Shown: positions 1 to 8,973 of the stretch, piece after piece
Position numbering within the stretch: the first letter of the stretch is position 1
How the letters are laid out: each line of letters opens with the position of its first letter
Assembly: GCA_007693765.1 (NCBI GenBank)
Contig: RECZ01000097.1
Location: 1,862-65,861, forward strand
Source of the DNA: Phycisphaerales bacterium
GTDB lineage: Bacteria; Planctomycetota; Phycisphaerae; Phycisphaerales; UBA1924
Direction: 5' to 3'
DNA length: 64,000 nucleotides
The notes under the pieces: model-generated
The model's database searches: none
What the model was told of the DNA's origin: nothing
The model's input: the letters and a program-made list of their open reading frames with translations, nothing else
Made by a program: the position numbers and the translations under genes

Positions 1-1626
1 GAAAACCCACGTGTACCAACGCGCCGGGCCGTACGCCCCCACGCGGTCGCTCAGCGACGTGAGGCGGATGAACCCCGGGCGCATCAGGAACACCCCGACG
101 CCGACCGCGATGGCCAGCACGCTCAGCCCCAGCGCCGGCGTCAGCCCGTGCCACAGCGAAAGCTTGACCTCCATCGGCACGCCGTAGATCGCGCTCGCCG
201 CCGGCGACAGCAACACCTTCTGCACCAGCGACGGCGCCACGCCGAACAACAGCGACAACGCCGCGAGAATCGTCGGGCCCAGCCACAGCGTCGGCCCGCC
301 CTCGTGCGGCTTGCGCGGCGTCTCCTTCCAGGAACCCATGAACGGGCGCACGCCCACCGCGATCGCCACCACCACCATCCCCACCGCGCCGATCACCGAC
401 GCCGCGCCGAACAACCCCGCCCACGCGGGCGTCTCCAGCGCCGCCTCGAGCAGCAACTCCTTGGAGATGAACCCGAAGAGCGGCATGAAGCCCGACATCG
501 ACAGCCCCGCCACCATCGCGCCCACCGCCGTCAGAGGCATCAGCCTGCCCAGCCCGCTCAGCTTCCGCACGTCCTTCTCGTGCGCCGCGTGATCGATCGA
601 GCCCGCAACGAGGAAGAGCGCGCCCTTATAGAGCGCGTGCGCCAGGATGAACGTCGCCGCGGCCTTCGCGCCGAGCTCGCCGCCGAAGCCGATCAGCATC
701 ACCATGCCGCCCAGCGCGCTCACCGTCGAGTACGCCAGCAGCAGCTTGAGGTAGACCTGCCGCATCGCCAGCCACGCCCCAACCACCATCGTGACGGCGC
801 CCACCGTGCCCACCAGCGGCGTCCACAGGTCGGCGTCGCCGAGCGTCGGCTGCATGCGCGCCAGCAGGTAGACGCCCGCTTTCACCATCGTCGAGGAATG
901 CAGGTACGCGCTGACCGGCGTCGGCGCCTCCATCGCGCCCGGCAACCAGAAGTGGAACGGGAACTGGGCGGATTTGGTCATCGCCCCCAGCAGCACCAGC
1001 AGCAGCGCCGGCGTCAGCAGCGGGTGCTCGAGCAGCAGGTCGCTCCGCGCGGCGATCTCGGAGAGCTCCATCGATCCCGTCGCGATCGCCATCAGGATCA
1101 GCCCCGCCAGCAGCGCAAGGCCGCCTATCCCCGTCACCAGCAGCGCCTGCAGGGCCGACTTCCGGGCCGTGTCGCGGTGGTGGTCGAACCCGATGAGCAG
1201 GTACGACGTGACGCTCGTCAGCTCCCAGAACACGAACAGGGAGACGATGTTGTCCGCCCACACCACGCCCAGCATCGAGATCATGAACAGCAGCAGCGTG
1301 GTGTAGAAACGCCCGAGGTCCTTGTGCTCGCCGAGGTAGCCCTGGGCGTACACCAGCACCAGAGCGCCGATGCCGCTGATGAGCATCCCGAAGAGCAGCC
1401 CCAGCCCGTCGATATGGAACGAGAGCGCGATCCCCAACCCGGGGACCCACTCCTGCGAGAACCGCCACGGCTCCCCGGCCCCGATGTCCGGGGTCAGCAC
1501 GCACAGCCACACAAAGACCCCCGCCGGGAACGCGGCCAAAATCCAGCCCGTGGCGCTGCCCGCGTACCGACGGATCGTCGGCGCCGCGAACGCGAGCACC
1601 AGTGCCAGGAGTCCGACGACGAGCAT
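1..1626 (-). CDS. mrpA: Na+/H+ antiporter (Mrp/Mnh) subunit A, N-terminal part; C-terminus lies beyond the window edge
   Basis: Absent from the ORF track because it runs off the edge. My minus-strand translation from ATG 1626 gives MLVVGLLALVLAF...FVFWELTSVTSYLLIGF...KSAQFPFHFWLPGAMEAPTPVSAYLHSSTMVKAGVYLL. This is the NuoL/MrpA-type motif set, and the frame stays open to position 1. The listed + strand ORFs here are Arg/His-rich antisense shadows. Confidence 0.85.
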   Translation of the reverse strand, partial: MLVVGLLALVLAFAAPTIRRYAGSATGWILAAFPAGVFVWLCVLTPDIGAGEPWRFSQEWVPGLGIALSFHIDGLGLLFGMLISGIGALVLVYAQGYLGEHKDLGRFYTTLLLFMISMLGVVWADNIVSLFVFWELTSVTSYLLIGFDHHRDTARKSALQALLVTGIGGLALLAGLILMAIATGSMELSEIAARSDLLLEHPLLTPALLLVLLGAMTKSAQFPFHFWLPGAMEAPTPVSAYLHSSTMVKAGVYLLARMQPTLGDADLWTPLVGTVGAVTMVVGAWLAMRQVYLKLLLAYSTVSALGGMVMLIGFGGELGAKAAATFILAHALYKGALFLVAGSIDHAAHEKDVRKLSGLGRLMPLTAVGAMVAGLSMSGFMPLFGFISKELLLEAALETPAWAGLFGAASVIGAVGMVVVAIAVGVRPFMGSWKETPRKPHEGGPTLWLGPTILAALSLLFGVAPSLVQKVLLSPAASAIYGVPMEVKLSLWHGLTPALGLSVLAIAVGVGVFLMRPGFIRLTSLSDRVGAYGPARWYTWVF

Positions 1627-1864
1627 CTGTGTCGTGGGTCGAGTGTGGGTGAGGGACGATCGCCGCCCCGGCCAGATCGTGCGCATCACGGCGCGGGGCA
1701 AGAAAGTGCAACGGTGGCGGTAAAGGGAGGTTCCGAGTCTCTGTGGCCGCATACTACCCGCTGGGCGCTCGCCACGCAGGACGACGAGCGTCGCATCGCA
1801 GCGCCGGGGCGCTGTCGCCGGCCTGCCCGGCCGCGCGGCGAGCGACCCCCAAAGAGGCCCCGAG

Positions 1865-1893
1865 TTGACCCCTCACCCGTGCGCGCCGACAAT
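1865..1893 (+). promoter_or_regulatory. Candidate sigma-70-type promoter for tRNA-Ser (TTGACC-N17-GACAAT)
   Basis: TTGACC at 1865-1870, a 17-nt spacer and GACAAT at 1888-1893. The hexamers end 14 nt before the mature tRNA 5' end at 1908. Confidence 0.35.
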
Positions 1894-1907
1894 GCCCCGC
1901 CCACCCC

Positions 1908-1994
1908 GGAGAGGTGGCAGAGTGGTTGAATGCGCCGGTCTCGAAAACCGGTATTGCCTTCGGGTAATCGAGGGTTCGAATCCCTCCCTCTCCG
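1908..1994 (+). tRNA. tRNA-Ser (anticodon CGA), class II with long variable arm; no encoded CCA
   Basis: Hand-folded cloverleaf. Acceptor GGAGAGG/CCTCTCC; D stem GCA/TGC; anticodon stem CCGGT/ACCGG with loop CTCGAAA. The variable arm is ATTGCC-TTCG-GGTAAT and the T arm is GAGGG-TTCGAAT-CCCTC. Discriminator G. Confidence 0.9.
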
Positions 1995-2251
1995 CTTTCG
2001 TATGCACGACCGACCCGAGCCCGACGCCGAGGTCGGAGCGCCCACCGGGTACGCGCCGCGGCCCGCGCCCATGTCGGCGTGCGCCGGCGCTCGGACGGCT
2101 CGGCGCGGGGCCGCTCGGCCCGCCCCCTTGACAGCTCAGGGTTCCTACCCACGCCTCACCGCTTCCGGGTAGACTGTTCGCGCATCGTTCGTGTCGGCGT
2201 CGCCGTGCGCGGCGCCCTGACCCATCGCGCCACCCCTGCCGGAGACACGAC

Positions 2252-4444
2252 GTGAAGGCCATCACGCGTCGCATCGCGCTGTTCGCGCTCTCGTTCGCCG
2301 CCCTCACCGCGCTGCTCGTCGCCCCCGCGACGCTCCGCGCCGATGAGACCGAAGCCCCCACCCACTTCGCCTCCGGGCCGCGATCCTTCGACAACTGGGT
2401 CGGCAGCCTCCGCACCGTCGAGAGCATGCAGATGCTCGCCCGGCGGCACAACGTGCTGCTCAACGAGCCCCGCTTCGAGCGCACCCCCGAGCGCATCGAG
2501 CGCAACGCCACCCTCGCCATGCGCGAGGCCGACCGGCGCCTCAAGCGGCTGGCCCGCGTCGATCTGGCGCCCCACCTCGGCTTCGACGGCACGATGGGCG
2601 CGTACGAGGACATCCTCAGCCCCGTGCGCGACACCATGAGCCGCTTTTACCTCCTCAGGGAGGTCTCGCCCGACGCCGCGATCCGCGACGCCGCGACCGA
2701 ACAGGTTCGGCGTTTGAGCGAGTGGTTCGTCGGCCTGCAGTACCGCGAAGACGTCCACACCGTGCTCTCCACCTTCGGCCACGCCTACGAGCAGGGCATG
2801 CGCCCGCCGCTCAACAAGGAGGGCGAGCGCCTGGTGATGGAGATCCTGCGCGACTACCGGCGCGCCGGCATGGAGCTGGATAAAGAGACGCGCGAGAAGG
2901 TCGAGGCCCTGCAGCTCCGCCTCACCAGCCTCTCGACCGATTTCGGCACGAACATCACGCAGGCCACCAGGCCCGTCGAGTTCGCGGCGGACGAACTCGC
3001 CGGCGTGCCCGAGGGCTTCCTCCGGCGTGTGGGCCAGAACGACGAGGGCGGCTACACGCTCGACGCCAGCGACGTCACCCACTTCCTCGCCGTCATGAAC
3101 AACGCCTCGAACGAGGACGCCCGCCGGCGCATGAAGATCGGCCGCTTCACCGTCGCGCAAGACACCAACACCGACGTCCTCAACAAACTCGTCGCCACCC
3201 GCGACGAGATCGCCTCCCTCCTCGGCTACCAGTCCTGGGCCGACTACCAGACCGAGACGCGCATGGCCCGCACCGGCGCCCGCGCCACGGCCTTCGTCGC
3301 CAACCTCATCCAGCGCCTCGAGCCCAAGTTCAAGCAGGAGCTCGAGGCCATGCGCCGCCTCAAGGCCGACGACACCGGCGACGCCAACGCCCGCATCCAC
3401 ATCTGGGACTGGCGCTACTACGAGAACGAGATCAAAAAGCGCCGCTTCGACATCGACACCGAGGCCCTCCGCGCCTACTTCCCCCTCGACGCCAGCCTCC
3501 GCGGGATGTTCGGCATCTACGAAGAGATCTTCGGCCTCTCCATCGAGCGCGTCGACCCGAGCTGGACGTGGCACGAAGACGTCGGCCTCTACGCCGTCAG
3601 CGACAGCGCCTCGGGCGCCCCGCTCGGCCTCTTCTACCTCGACCTCTTCCCCCGCGAGGGCAAGTTCGGTCACTTCGCGCAGTTCGGCATCACCAAGGGC
3701 CGCATGGAGCGCAGCAACGAGTACCGGCGCCCCGTCGTCGCCCTCGTGTGCAACTTCAACCCCCCCACCGACGACACCCCCTCCCTGCTCTCGCACAGCG
3801 AGCTCGAAACGCTCTTCCACGAGTTCGGGCACGCCATGCACTCCATCCTCACCCAGGCCCAGTACGGCCGCTTCAGCGGCACCAGCGTGCCGCGCGACTT
3901 CGTCGAGGCGCCCTCGCAGATGCTCGAGAACTGGTGCTGGGACATCGGCGTCCTCAACCGCTTCGCCGGCCACTACCGCGACTCCTCCCGCACGCTCGAC
4001 CCCGCCGTTCTCGAGCGCATGCGTGAAGCCCGCCTCGCCACCGTCGCCACCTTCTACCGGCGCCAACTCGCCTTCGCCCTCGGCGACCTCGTGCTGCACG
4101 CCCCCGGCCCCTACAAGGACGCCCAGACCATCATCAACGGCGCCATGGCCGGCGTCTTCCTCCCCGTCCCCGAAGGCACCCACTTCGGCGCCGCGTGGGG
4201 CCACCTCACCGGCTACGACGCCGGCTACTACGGCTACGCCTGGGCCGACGTCATCGCCGCCGACATGGCCACCGCCTTCGAGGACGACCCCGAAGGCTTC
4301 ATGAGCGCCTACGTCGGCATGCGCCTCCGCAACGAGGTCTACGCCGTCGGCGGCACCCGCGACGCCAACGACACCATCGAGGCCTTCCTCGGCCGCCGCT
4401 TCAACAACGAGGCCTTCCTGCGCAGCATCGGGGTGGCGGAGTAA
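2252..4444 (+). CDS. Secreted M3-family zinc metallopeptidase (oligopeptidase A / Dcp / thimet-like)
   Basis: 730-aa ORF with a GTG start and signal-like N-terminus MKAITRRIALFALSFAALTALLVAPATLRA. It carries the HEFGHAMH zinc motif followed by ...EAPSQMLENW, typical of M3 peptidases. Confidence 0.9.
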   Translation: MKAITRRIALFALSFAALTALLVAPATLRADETEAPTHFASGPRSFDNWVGSLRTVESMQMLARRHNVLLNEPRFERTPERIERNATLAMREADRRLKRLARVDLAPHLGFDGTMGAYEDILSPVRDTMSRFYLLREVSPDAAIRDAATEQVRRLSEWFVGLQYREDVHTVLSTFGHAYEQGMRPPLNKEGERLVMEILRDYRRAGMELDKETREKVEALQLRLTSLSTDFGTNITQATRPVEFAADELAGVPEGFLRRVGQNDEGGYTLDASDVTHFLAVMNNASNEDARRRMKIGRFTVAQDTNTDVLNKLVATRDEIASLLGYQSWADYQTETRMARTGARATAFVANLIQRLEPKFKQELEAMRRLKADDTGDANARIHIWDWRYYENEIKKRRFDIDTEALRAYFPLDASLRGMFGIYEEIFGLSIERVDPSWTWHEDVGLYAVSDSASGAPLGLFYLDLFPREGKFGHFAQFGITKGRMERSNEYRRPVVALVCNFNPPTDDTPSLLSHSELETLFHEFGHAMHSILTQAQYGRFSGTSVPRDFVEAPSQMLENWCWDIGVLNRFAGHYRDSSRTLDPAVLERMREARLATVATFYRRQLAFALGDLVLHAPGPYKDAQTIINGAMAGVFLPVPEGTHFGAAWGHLTGYDAGYYGYAWADVIAADMATAFEDDPEGFMSAYVGMRLRNEVYAVGGTRDANDTIEAFLGRRFNNEAFLRSIGVAE

Positions 4445-4470
4445 TTTGAAGAACTAAGGAGCTGCTCTAC

Positions 4471-4692
4471 ATGGCCCATGAAGTCACGGTAGAAATTCCA
4501 CCCCGTCCCGTTGCTCACAAGGACATCGTCTTTGTAGTAAGAAAAGACGGCAAGCGGTTTGGTCGGCTAAAGGTCAGCAAAGGAGCGATAGTATGACTCC
4601 CCGGTAGCAAGTCTAAAGGCTACAGGCTTGGCTGGACAAAGCTAGATCAGTTGATGAATGACAACGGCAAACACGGCACTTATCCCGTTTAA
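4471..4692 (+). pseudogene. 73-codon small ORF in an AT-rich islet, interrupted by a single in-frame TGA (4594-4596)
   Basis: AAGGA at 4456-4460, then ATG at 4471. Translation: MAHEVTVEIPPRPVAHKDIVFVVRKDGKRFGRLKVSKGAIV*LPGSKSKGYRLGWTKLDQLMNDNGKHGTYPV, ending at TAA 4690-4692. Both halves are under 60 aa, so neither appears in the ORF track. Confidence 0.5.
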
Positions 4693-4725
4693 TCCGCCAG
4701 CGTCAATACATCTTTCCCCGTCGCC

Positions 4726-6222
4726 TCACCCCCCGCCCGGCGCGCCCGCGTTCCCCGGCTTCGTCATGTCCGTCGGGTCCAGCAGGCGGTCGAGTTCCTT
4801 GTCGGGGAGGAGCTTCTGCTCCCGCGCCAGTTCGCGCACCGTCACGCCCCGCGCGTACGCCTCCTTCGCCAGCGCCGCCGAGCGGTCGTAGCCGATCACG
4901 GGCACGAGCGATGTGCACATCGCGAGGCTGCCCTCGATCAGTTCGGCGCAGCGTTTCTCGTCGGCGCGCAGGGCTTCGATGGCGTTGTCCGTCAACACGG
5001 CGCACGCCCCGGCGGTGATGTTGATCGACTCCAGCGCCGCCTCCGCCATCACGGGCATGGCGACGTTCAGGTCCAGCAGCGAGCCGACGCCGCCGAGGCC
5101 GCCCATGGTGATCGCCGCGTCGTTGCCGACCACGCGGCAGGCGACCATCATCACCGCCTCGCAGATCACGGGGTTCACCTTGCCCGGCATGATGGACGAG
5201 CCCGGCTGCACCGCGGGCAGGGCCAACTCGCCGAGGCCGCACCGCGGGCCGGAGCCCATGAGGCGGATGTCGTTGGCGATCTTGGTGAGGCTGACCGCCA
5301 CGACCTTGAGCGCGGCGCCCGCCTCGACGATCGCGTCCTTGGCGTGCTGGGCCTCGAAGTGGTTGTCGGCCTCGCGGAAGGGCACGCCGGTGCGCTTGGC
5401 GAGGATCGCCGCGACGCGCGAGCCGAACTCCTCGTGCGTGTTGATGCCGGTGCCGACCGCGGTGCCCCCGAGGGGCAGCTCGCTCAGCGCCGCCAGCGCC
5501 GACTTGAGCCGGCGCTCGCTCTGGCGCATCTGGGCGGCGAAGCCGGAGAACTCCTGCCCGAGGCGGATGGGCGTGGCGTCCTGCAGGTGGGTGCGCCCGA
5601 TCTTCACGATCTTGTCGAACTCGCGAGCCTTCTTCTCGAGCGCCTTGGCCAGCCGCGCGACCTCGGGCAGCAGCCTGTCCTTGATCGCCACGGCGCACGC
5701 GACGTGCATCGCGGTGGGGAACGTGTCGTTGGAGGACTGCCCCATGTTCACGTGGTCGTTGGGGTGGACGCCGGCGTAGTCCCGGCCGCGCTGCTTTTTG
5801 AGCGCCGCGAACGCGCCCTCGCCTCGCAGGTAGTCGGCGTCCTTGGCGCTGCCGATGGGCGCGCCGTTGGCGAGGCACACGAGGTTGGCGATCACCTCGT
5901 TCACGTTCATGTTCGTCGAGGTGCCCGAGCCGGTCTGGAAGACGTCCACCGGGAAATGGGGCATCAGCCCGCCGGGCATGTCGCCGGATTCGATCCTCGC
6001 CGCGGCCTCCACGATCGCCTTCGCCCGCGCGTTGTCGAGCAGGCCCAGCGCCTTGTTCGTCTGGGCGCACGCGCTCTTGAGCACGGCGTACGCGCGGATG
6101 ATCTCCACGGGGACGGGGCGCCCGGAGATGGGGAAGTTCAGCACCGCGCGCTGCGTGCTGGCGCCGTAGAGCGCCGACTCGGGCACGCGCATCTCGCCCA
6201 TCGTGTCCTTCTCGGTGCGCAT
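4726..6222 (-). CDS. Class II fumarate hydratase / aspartate ammonia-lyase family lyase (fumarase C-like)
   Basis: GSSIMPGKVNPV signature, QTGSGTSTNMNVNEVIAN, HPNDHVNMGQSSNDTFPTAMH. I place the start at MRTEKDTMGEMRVPE (ATG 6222). An in-frame ATG at 6342 would add a basic 40-aa extension, and the track start at 6549 is implausible. Confidence 0.85.
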   Translation of the reverse strand: MRTEKDTMGEMRVPESALYGASTQRAVLNFPISGRPVPVEIIRAYAVLKSACAQTNKALGLLDNARAKAIVEAAARIESGDMPGGLMPHFPVDVFQTGSGTSTNMNVNEVIANLVCLANGAPIGSAKDADYLRGEGAFAALKKQRGRDYAGVHPNDHVNMGQSSNDTFPTAMHVACAVAIKDRLLPEVARLAKALEKKAREFDKIVKIGRTHLQDATPIRLGQEFSGFAAQMRQSERRLKSALAALSELPLGGTAVGTGINTHEEFGSRVAAILAKRTGVPFREADNHFEAQHAKDAIVEAGAALKVVAVSLTKIANDIRLMGSGPRCGLGELALPAVQPGSSIMPGKVNPVICEAVMMVACRVVGNDAAITMGGLGGVGSLLDLNVAMPVMAEAALESINITAGACAVLTDNAIEALRADEKRCAELIEGSLAMCTSLVPVIGYDRSAALAKEAYARGVTVRELAREQKLLPDKELDRLLDPTDMTKPGNAGAPGGG

Positions 6223-6286
6223 CGCTACGCCCTCGCCCGCGGCCGCGGGCCCGGCCTTGCGGGGGGCGTCCTTGCTGGCAGACGAT

Positions 6287-6311
6287 TTCCGGGGGGTCGA
6301 CTTCCGGGGGG
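6287..6311. repeat. Tandem direct repeat, 2 x TTCCGGGGGG spaced 15 bp apart
   Basis: Exact 10-mers at 6287-6296 and 6302-6311, 65-89 nt upstream of the 6222 start on the opposite strand. See the findings for related copies at 22243, 23512, 25835/25872 and 48218. Confidence 0.4.
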
Positions 6312-6566
6312 TGGGTTGCTTGTTGGTGGTGGATCGCGCCATTCGCGGTCGGGCTCCGTCGGGTGGGTGTGCTTGCGGGGGCGGACCAGCGTACCACGCC
6401 CGCGGGCCCCATCCACGGTCCGAAAAGCCCGGGAAATCACGCGATTCTTCTGGATCGGGCGCTGGCGCACCCGCCCCCGGGGTGTACACTCGATACAACC
6501 TGCGGCGTGGGCGCCGCGTGCGCCCGCCCCATCGCCCCGCCCGTTCCACGAGAGGCAGAGAGACCC

Positions 6567-7916
6567 ATGCACCGCACCGCCACCGCCCTGTCCGCCACCG
6601 CGCTCGCCCTCACCGGCGCCGGCGCCCTCGCCACCCTGCCCGACTACGACCAGTTCGAGATCCAGTGCCGGTCGAGCTTCACGAACCCCTTCAACCTCCC
6701 CAACGGCGCCTTCTTCACCAACTCCACGCCATCGATCAACGACAGCGCGCAGGTCGCGATCAACGTCGGCACGATCCAGTCCCAGCCGCCGGGCTCGTTC
6801 TTCGGCGCGCAGGGCTCGGGCTCGCTTGCGTATCAGGCGCCCTCGGGCGGGTTCCTCTCCGACACGGTGCTGAACAACAACGGCTTCATCGTGACCCCGC
6901 TGTCCGACGTCACGCCCTACGGGATCGTGCGCATCGATACGAACACGATGACCAACAGCATCGCCGTCAGCCCCGGCCTGCCCTTCGGCATCGAGGCGTT
7001 CACCTCGCCCCAGATCAACGACAACGGCCAGATCGGCTACCGCGGGCGCATCGGCTTCATCGGCAACGTGTTCGTCTCGTGGGACAACGGCTCGCAGGCC
7101 ATCCACGCGGCGGAGGTCGGCGTCGATCCCAACAGCCCCTACTCCTTCATCTTCACTCCCTCCTTCAACAACCAGCGCCAGATCGCCGCCAAGGTGCGCC
7201 TCGGCGGCCCCGGCCAGACCGGCAACAACCAGCCCGACCAGATCCGCGTCTTCAACAGCGACGGCTCCTCCACGCTCTACGTCGAGGACATCGACAGCGA
7301 CCCCTCCTCCCCGTTCACGAACTTCGACAACAGCGTCGCCCTCACCAACAACGGCCTCGTCGCCTTCATCGCCCCGCTCGTCGGTGGCGGCCGCGGCGTG
7401 TTCCTCTCCGACGGGACCACCGTCACCACCATCGCCACCGAGAACGCCAGCCCGCTCGTCTCCAGCATCGAGTTCTTCGGCCCCGCCGCCAACGACAACG
7501 GCCTCGTCGCATTCCGCGCCTTCGACAACGACGGCCGCCGCGCGATCTTCGTGGGCGACGGCACGAACCTGAAGCGCGTCGTCGGCCACCTCGACATCGT
7601 GCCGACGGACCTCGGCGACGCCCGCATCCAGCGCCCCGACACGAGCCCCGTCTTCGGCGGCTCCATCCGCATCAACAGCAACGGCGACATCGCCTTCGCC
7701 GCGTCGCTGACCGACCCGGACAACAGCAGCGTCTCCTTCGGCTCGGGCGTCTTCATCGCCTACGCCGGCACGACCATCGACTGCCCCGGCGACTTCACCG
7801 GCGACAACGTCGTCGACTTCGCCGACCTCAGCGAGGTGCTCTCCGACTTCGGCGGCGCGTACGACTTCGCCGACCTGAGCCTCGTGCTCGCCAACTTCGG
7901 CGCCGACTGCAACTGA
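6567..7916 (+). CDS. Secreted repeat protein (NxxGxxAF-type tandem repeats) with C-terminal dockerin-like module
   Basis: Start MHRTATALSATALALTGAGALA (signal peptide) after the purine-rich tract AGAGGCAGAGAGA. Repeats include NNNGFIVTP, NDNGQIGYRG, NNGLVAFIAP, NDNGLVAFRAF and NSNGDIAFAAS. The C-terminus is CPGDFTGDNVVDFADLSEVLSDFGGAYDFADLSLVLANFG. Confidence 0.75.
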   Translation: MHRTATALSATALALTGAGALATLPDYDQFEIQCRSSFTNPFNLPNGAFFTNSTPSINDSAQVAINVGTIQSQPPGSFFGAQGSGSLAYQAPSGGFLSDTVLNNNGFIVTPLSDVTPYGIVRIDTNTMTNSIAVSPGLPFGIEAFTSPQINDNGQIGYRGRIGFIGNVFVSWDNGSQAIHAAEVGVDPNSPYSFIFTPSFNNQRQIAAKVRLGGPGQTGNNQPDQIRVFNSDGSSTLYVEDIDSDPSSPFTNFDNSVALTNNGLVAFIAPLVGGGRGVFLSDGTTVTTIATENASPLVSSIEFFGPAANDNGLVAFRAFDNDGRRAIFVGDGTNLKRVVGHLDIVPTDLGDARIQRPDTSPVFGGSIRINSNGDIAFAASLTDPDNSSVSFGSGVFIAYAGTTIDCPGDFTGDNVVDFADLSEVLSDFGGAYDFADLSLVLANFGADCN

Positions 7917-7938
7917 CCAACCCCGCGCCGGCGAGCGA

Positions 7939-8973
7939 TCACTCGCCCCGCAGCACGCCGATCACGCTCGCCCAGTTACGCTCCACCTCGCCCCGGTGCA
8001 GCACGAGCATCTCGACGCGGTGCTGATGCTCGGGGTGCAGTCGCTGATCGAGCGTGCGCCACAGCGTGTCGGCGTGGGCATCGTGCACGTCCATCGCACG
8101 CACCAGCCGAAACATCCGCGCGGCCTGTTCCGGGTCGGGGTCGACGTCCTCCACAAGGAACTCGCGCACCGGCTCGAACCGCTCCAGCGCCGTGGGCGCC
8201 CAGCCGATCCACCCGAGCGTCGTGCCGGTGACGCCCAGCCCGCGCAGCGCCTTGGAGGCCGCGACGATCGCCCCCGCCTCCGTCGGGCGAACGCCGTCGC
8301 TGGTCATGGCGGGGCCGCCGCGCTGGTGCGCTGCGCGCCACACATCCTTTGTGAACGTGTGCAGGTCCAGAAAAACCGCGCCCTCCTCCGCCGCGACCGC
8401 CTCCGCGCGGGCCGCGAACTGCGCGAGCCGCGCGTTGCGGCCCTCGTACAAACGGTCGTTGACCTCGGTCCACTCGTCCAGCGCGATCGGTGACACGACC
8501 ACTACTTCGCGCACGCGTCGGGCCCGCAGCGTCTCGATCAGCACGCGGAGCGACGCCCCGTACGCCTCGGCCGCGGCCTCGTCCGGCTCCCGCGCGAAGC
8601 CCGCGTCGTGCGTGCCCAGCATCACGAACACCACGTTCGCCCCCACCGTCATCACCACGCGCGGCGCCCACTCCCGCGCCGAGGCCGTCGTCGAGCCCCG
8701 CACCCCGATGCTCCCGCACCGCAAGGGCGAGTCCTCGAACAGCCGCAGCAGCGCCGCGTTGACGAAGCGGGGCAGGGCGCCGTCCTCGATCGTCTCGTCG
8801 CCGATCCAGAGGACCACATCGCGCTCGCGCAGCAGGTGCGCGTAGGTGGGCGCATCCGCCGGGAGCCGCTGCGCGCCGCCCTCGAACGGGTCCTGCGCCG
8901 CGTGGCTGCCCATCGGCGAACACAGCGCCGCGAGCGCCACGGCCAGCGCCACCGCCGCGGCCCGCGCCTTCAA
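7939..8973 (-). CDS. SGNH/GDSL-fold protein with substituted catalytic positions (possible pseudo-enzyme)
   Basis: By-eye alignment to the SGNH blocks: block I VVLWIGDETI (Ser to Glu), block II GVRGSTT, block III VFVMLGTHD (Asn to His), block V SDGVRPTEAG (His to Arg). Signal peptide LKARAAAVALAVALAALCS. The TTG start at 8973 overlaps the pdxJ stop (TTGA); this start is uncertain. Confidence 0.6.
   Translation of the reverse strand: MKARAAAVALAVALAALCSPMGSHAAQDPFEGGAQRLPADAPTYAHLLRERDVVLWIGDETIEDGALPRFVNAALLRLFEDSPLRCGSIGVRGSTTASAREWAPRVVMTVGANVVFVMLGTHDAGFAREPDEAAAEAYGASLRVLIETLRARRVREVVVVSPIALDEWTEVNDRLYEGRNARLAQFAARAEAVAAEEGAVFLDLHTFTKDVWRAAHQRGGPAMTSDGVRPTEAGAIVAASKALRGLGVTGTTLGWIGWAPTALERFEPVREFLVEDVDPDPEQAARMFRLVRAMDVHDAHADTLWRTLDQRLHPEHQHRVEMLVLHRGEVERNWASVIGVLRGE

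Noticed and set aside
148-1929. 593-aa + strand ORF (and 626..1711 on -) overlapping the mrpA region
   Set aside because: Extremely Arg/His/Pro/Gln-rich with no motifs. It is an antisense or off-frame shadow of the clearly recognisable MrpA frame, as expected in about 70% GC DNA.
2156-4204. 682-aa minus-strand ORF opposite the M3 peptidase
   Set aside because: Gly/Ala/Val/Glu-rich low-complexity translation opposite a gene with an unambiguous HEFGH motif. A high-GC shadow ORF.
4594-4596. In-frame TGA as selenocysteine or Trp recoding
   Set aside because: TGA is used as a normal stop by neighbouring genes (for example pdxJ and the histidine kinase). I saw no SECIS-like hairpin immediately downstream, and a simple TGG-to-TGA nonsense mutation is more parsimonious.
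6223-6549. Long N-terminal extension of the fumarase-family ORF (track start 6549; alternative ATG 6342)
   Set aside because: The extension is Arg/Pro-rich and lies upstream of the conserved MRTEKDTMGEM N-terminus. It also contains the TTCCGGGGGG tandem motif seen in non-coding upstream regions elsewhere. The 6342 start cannot be fully excluded.
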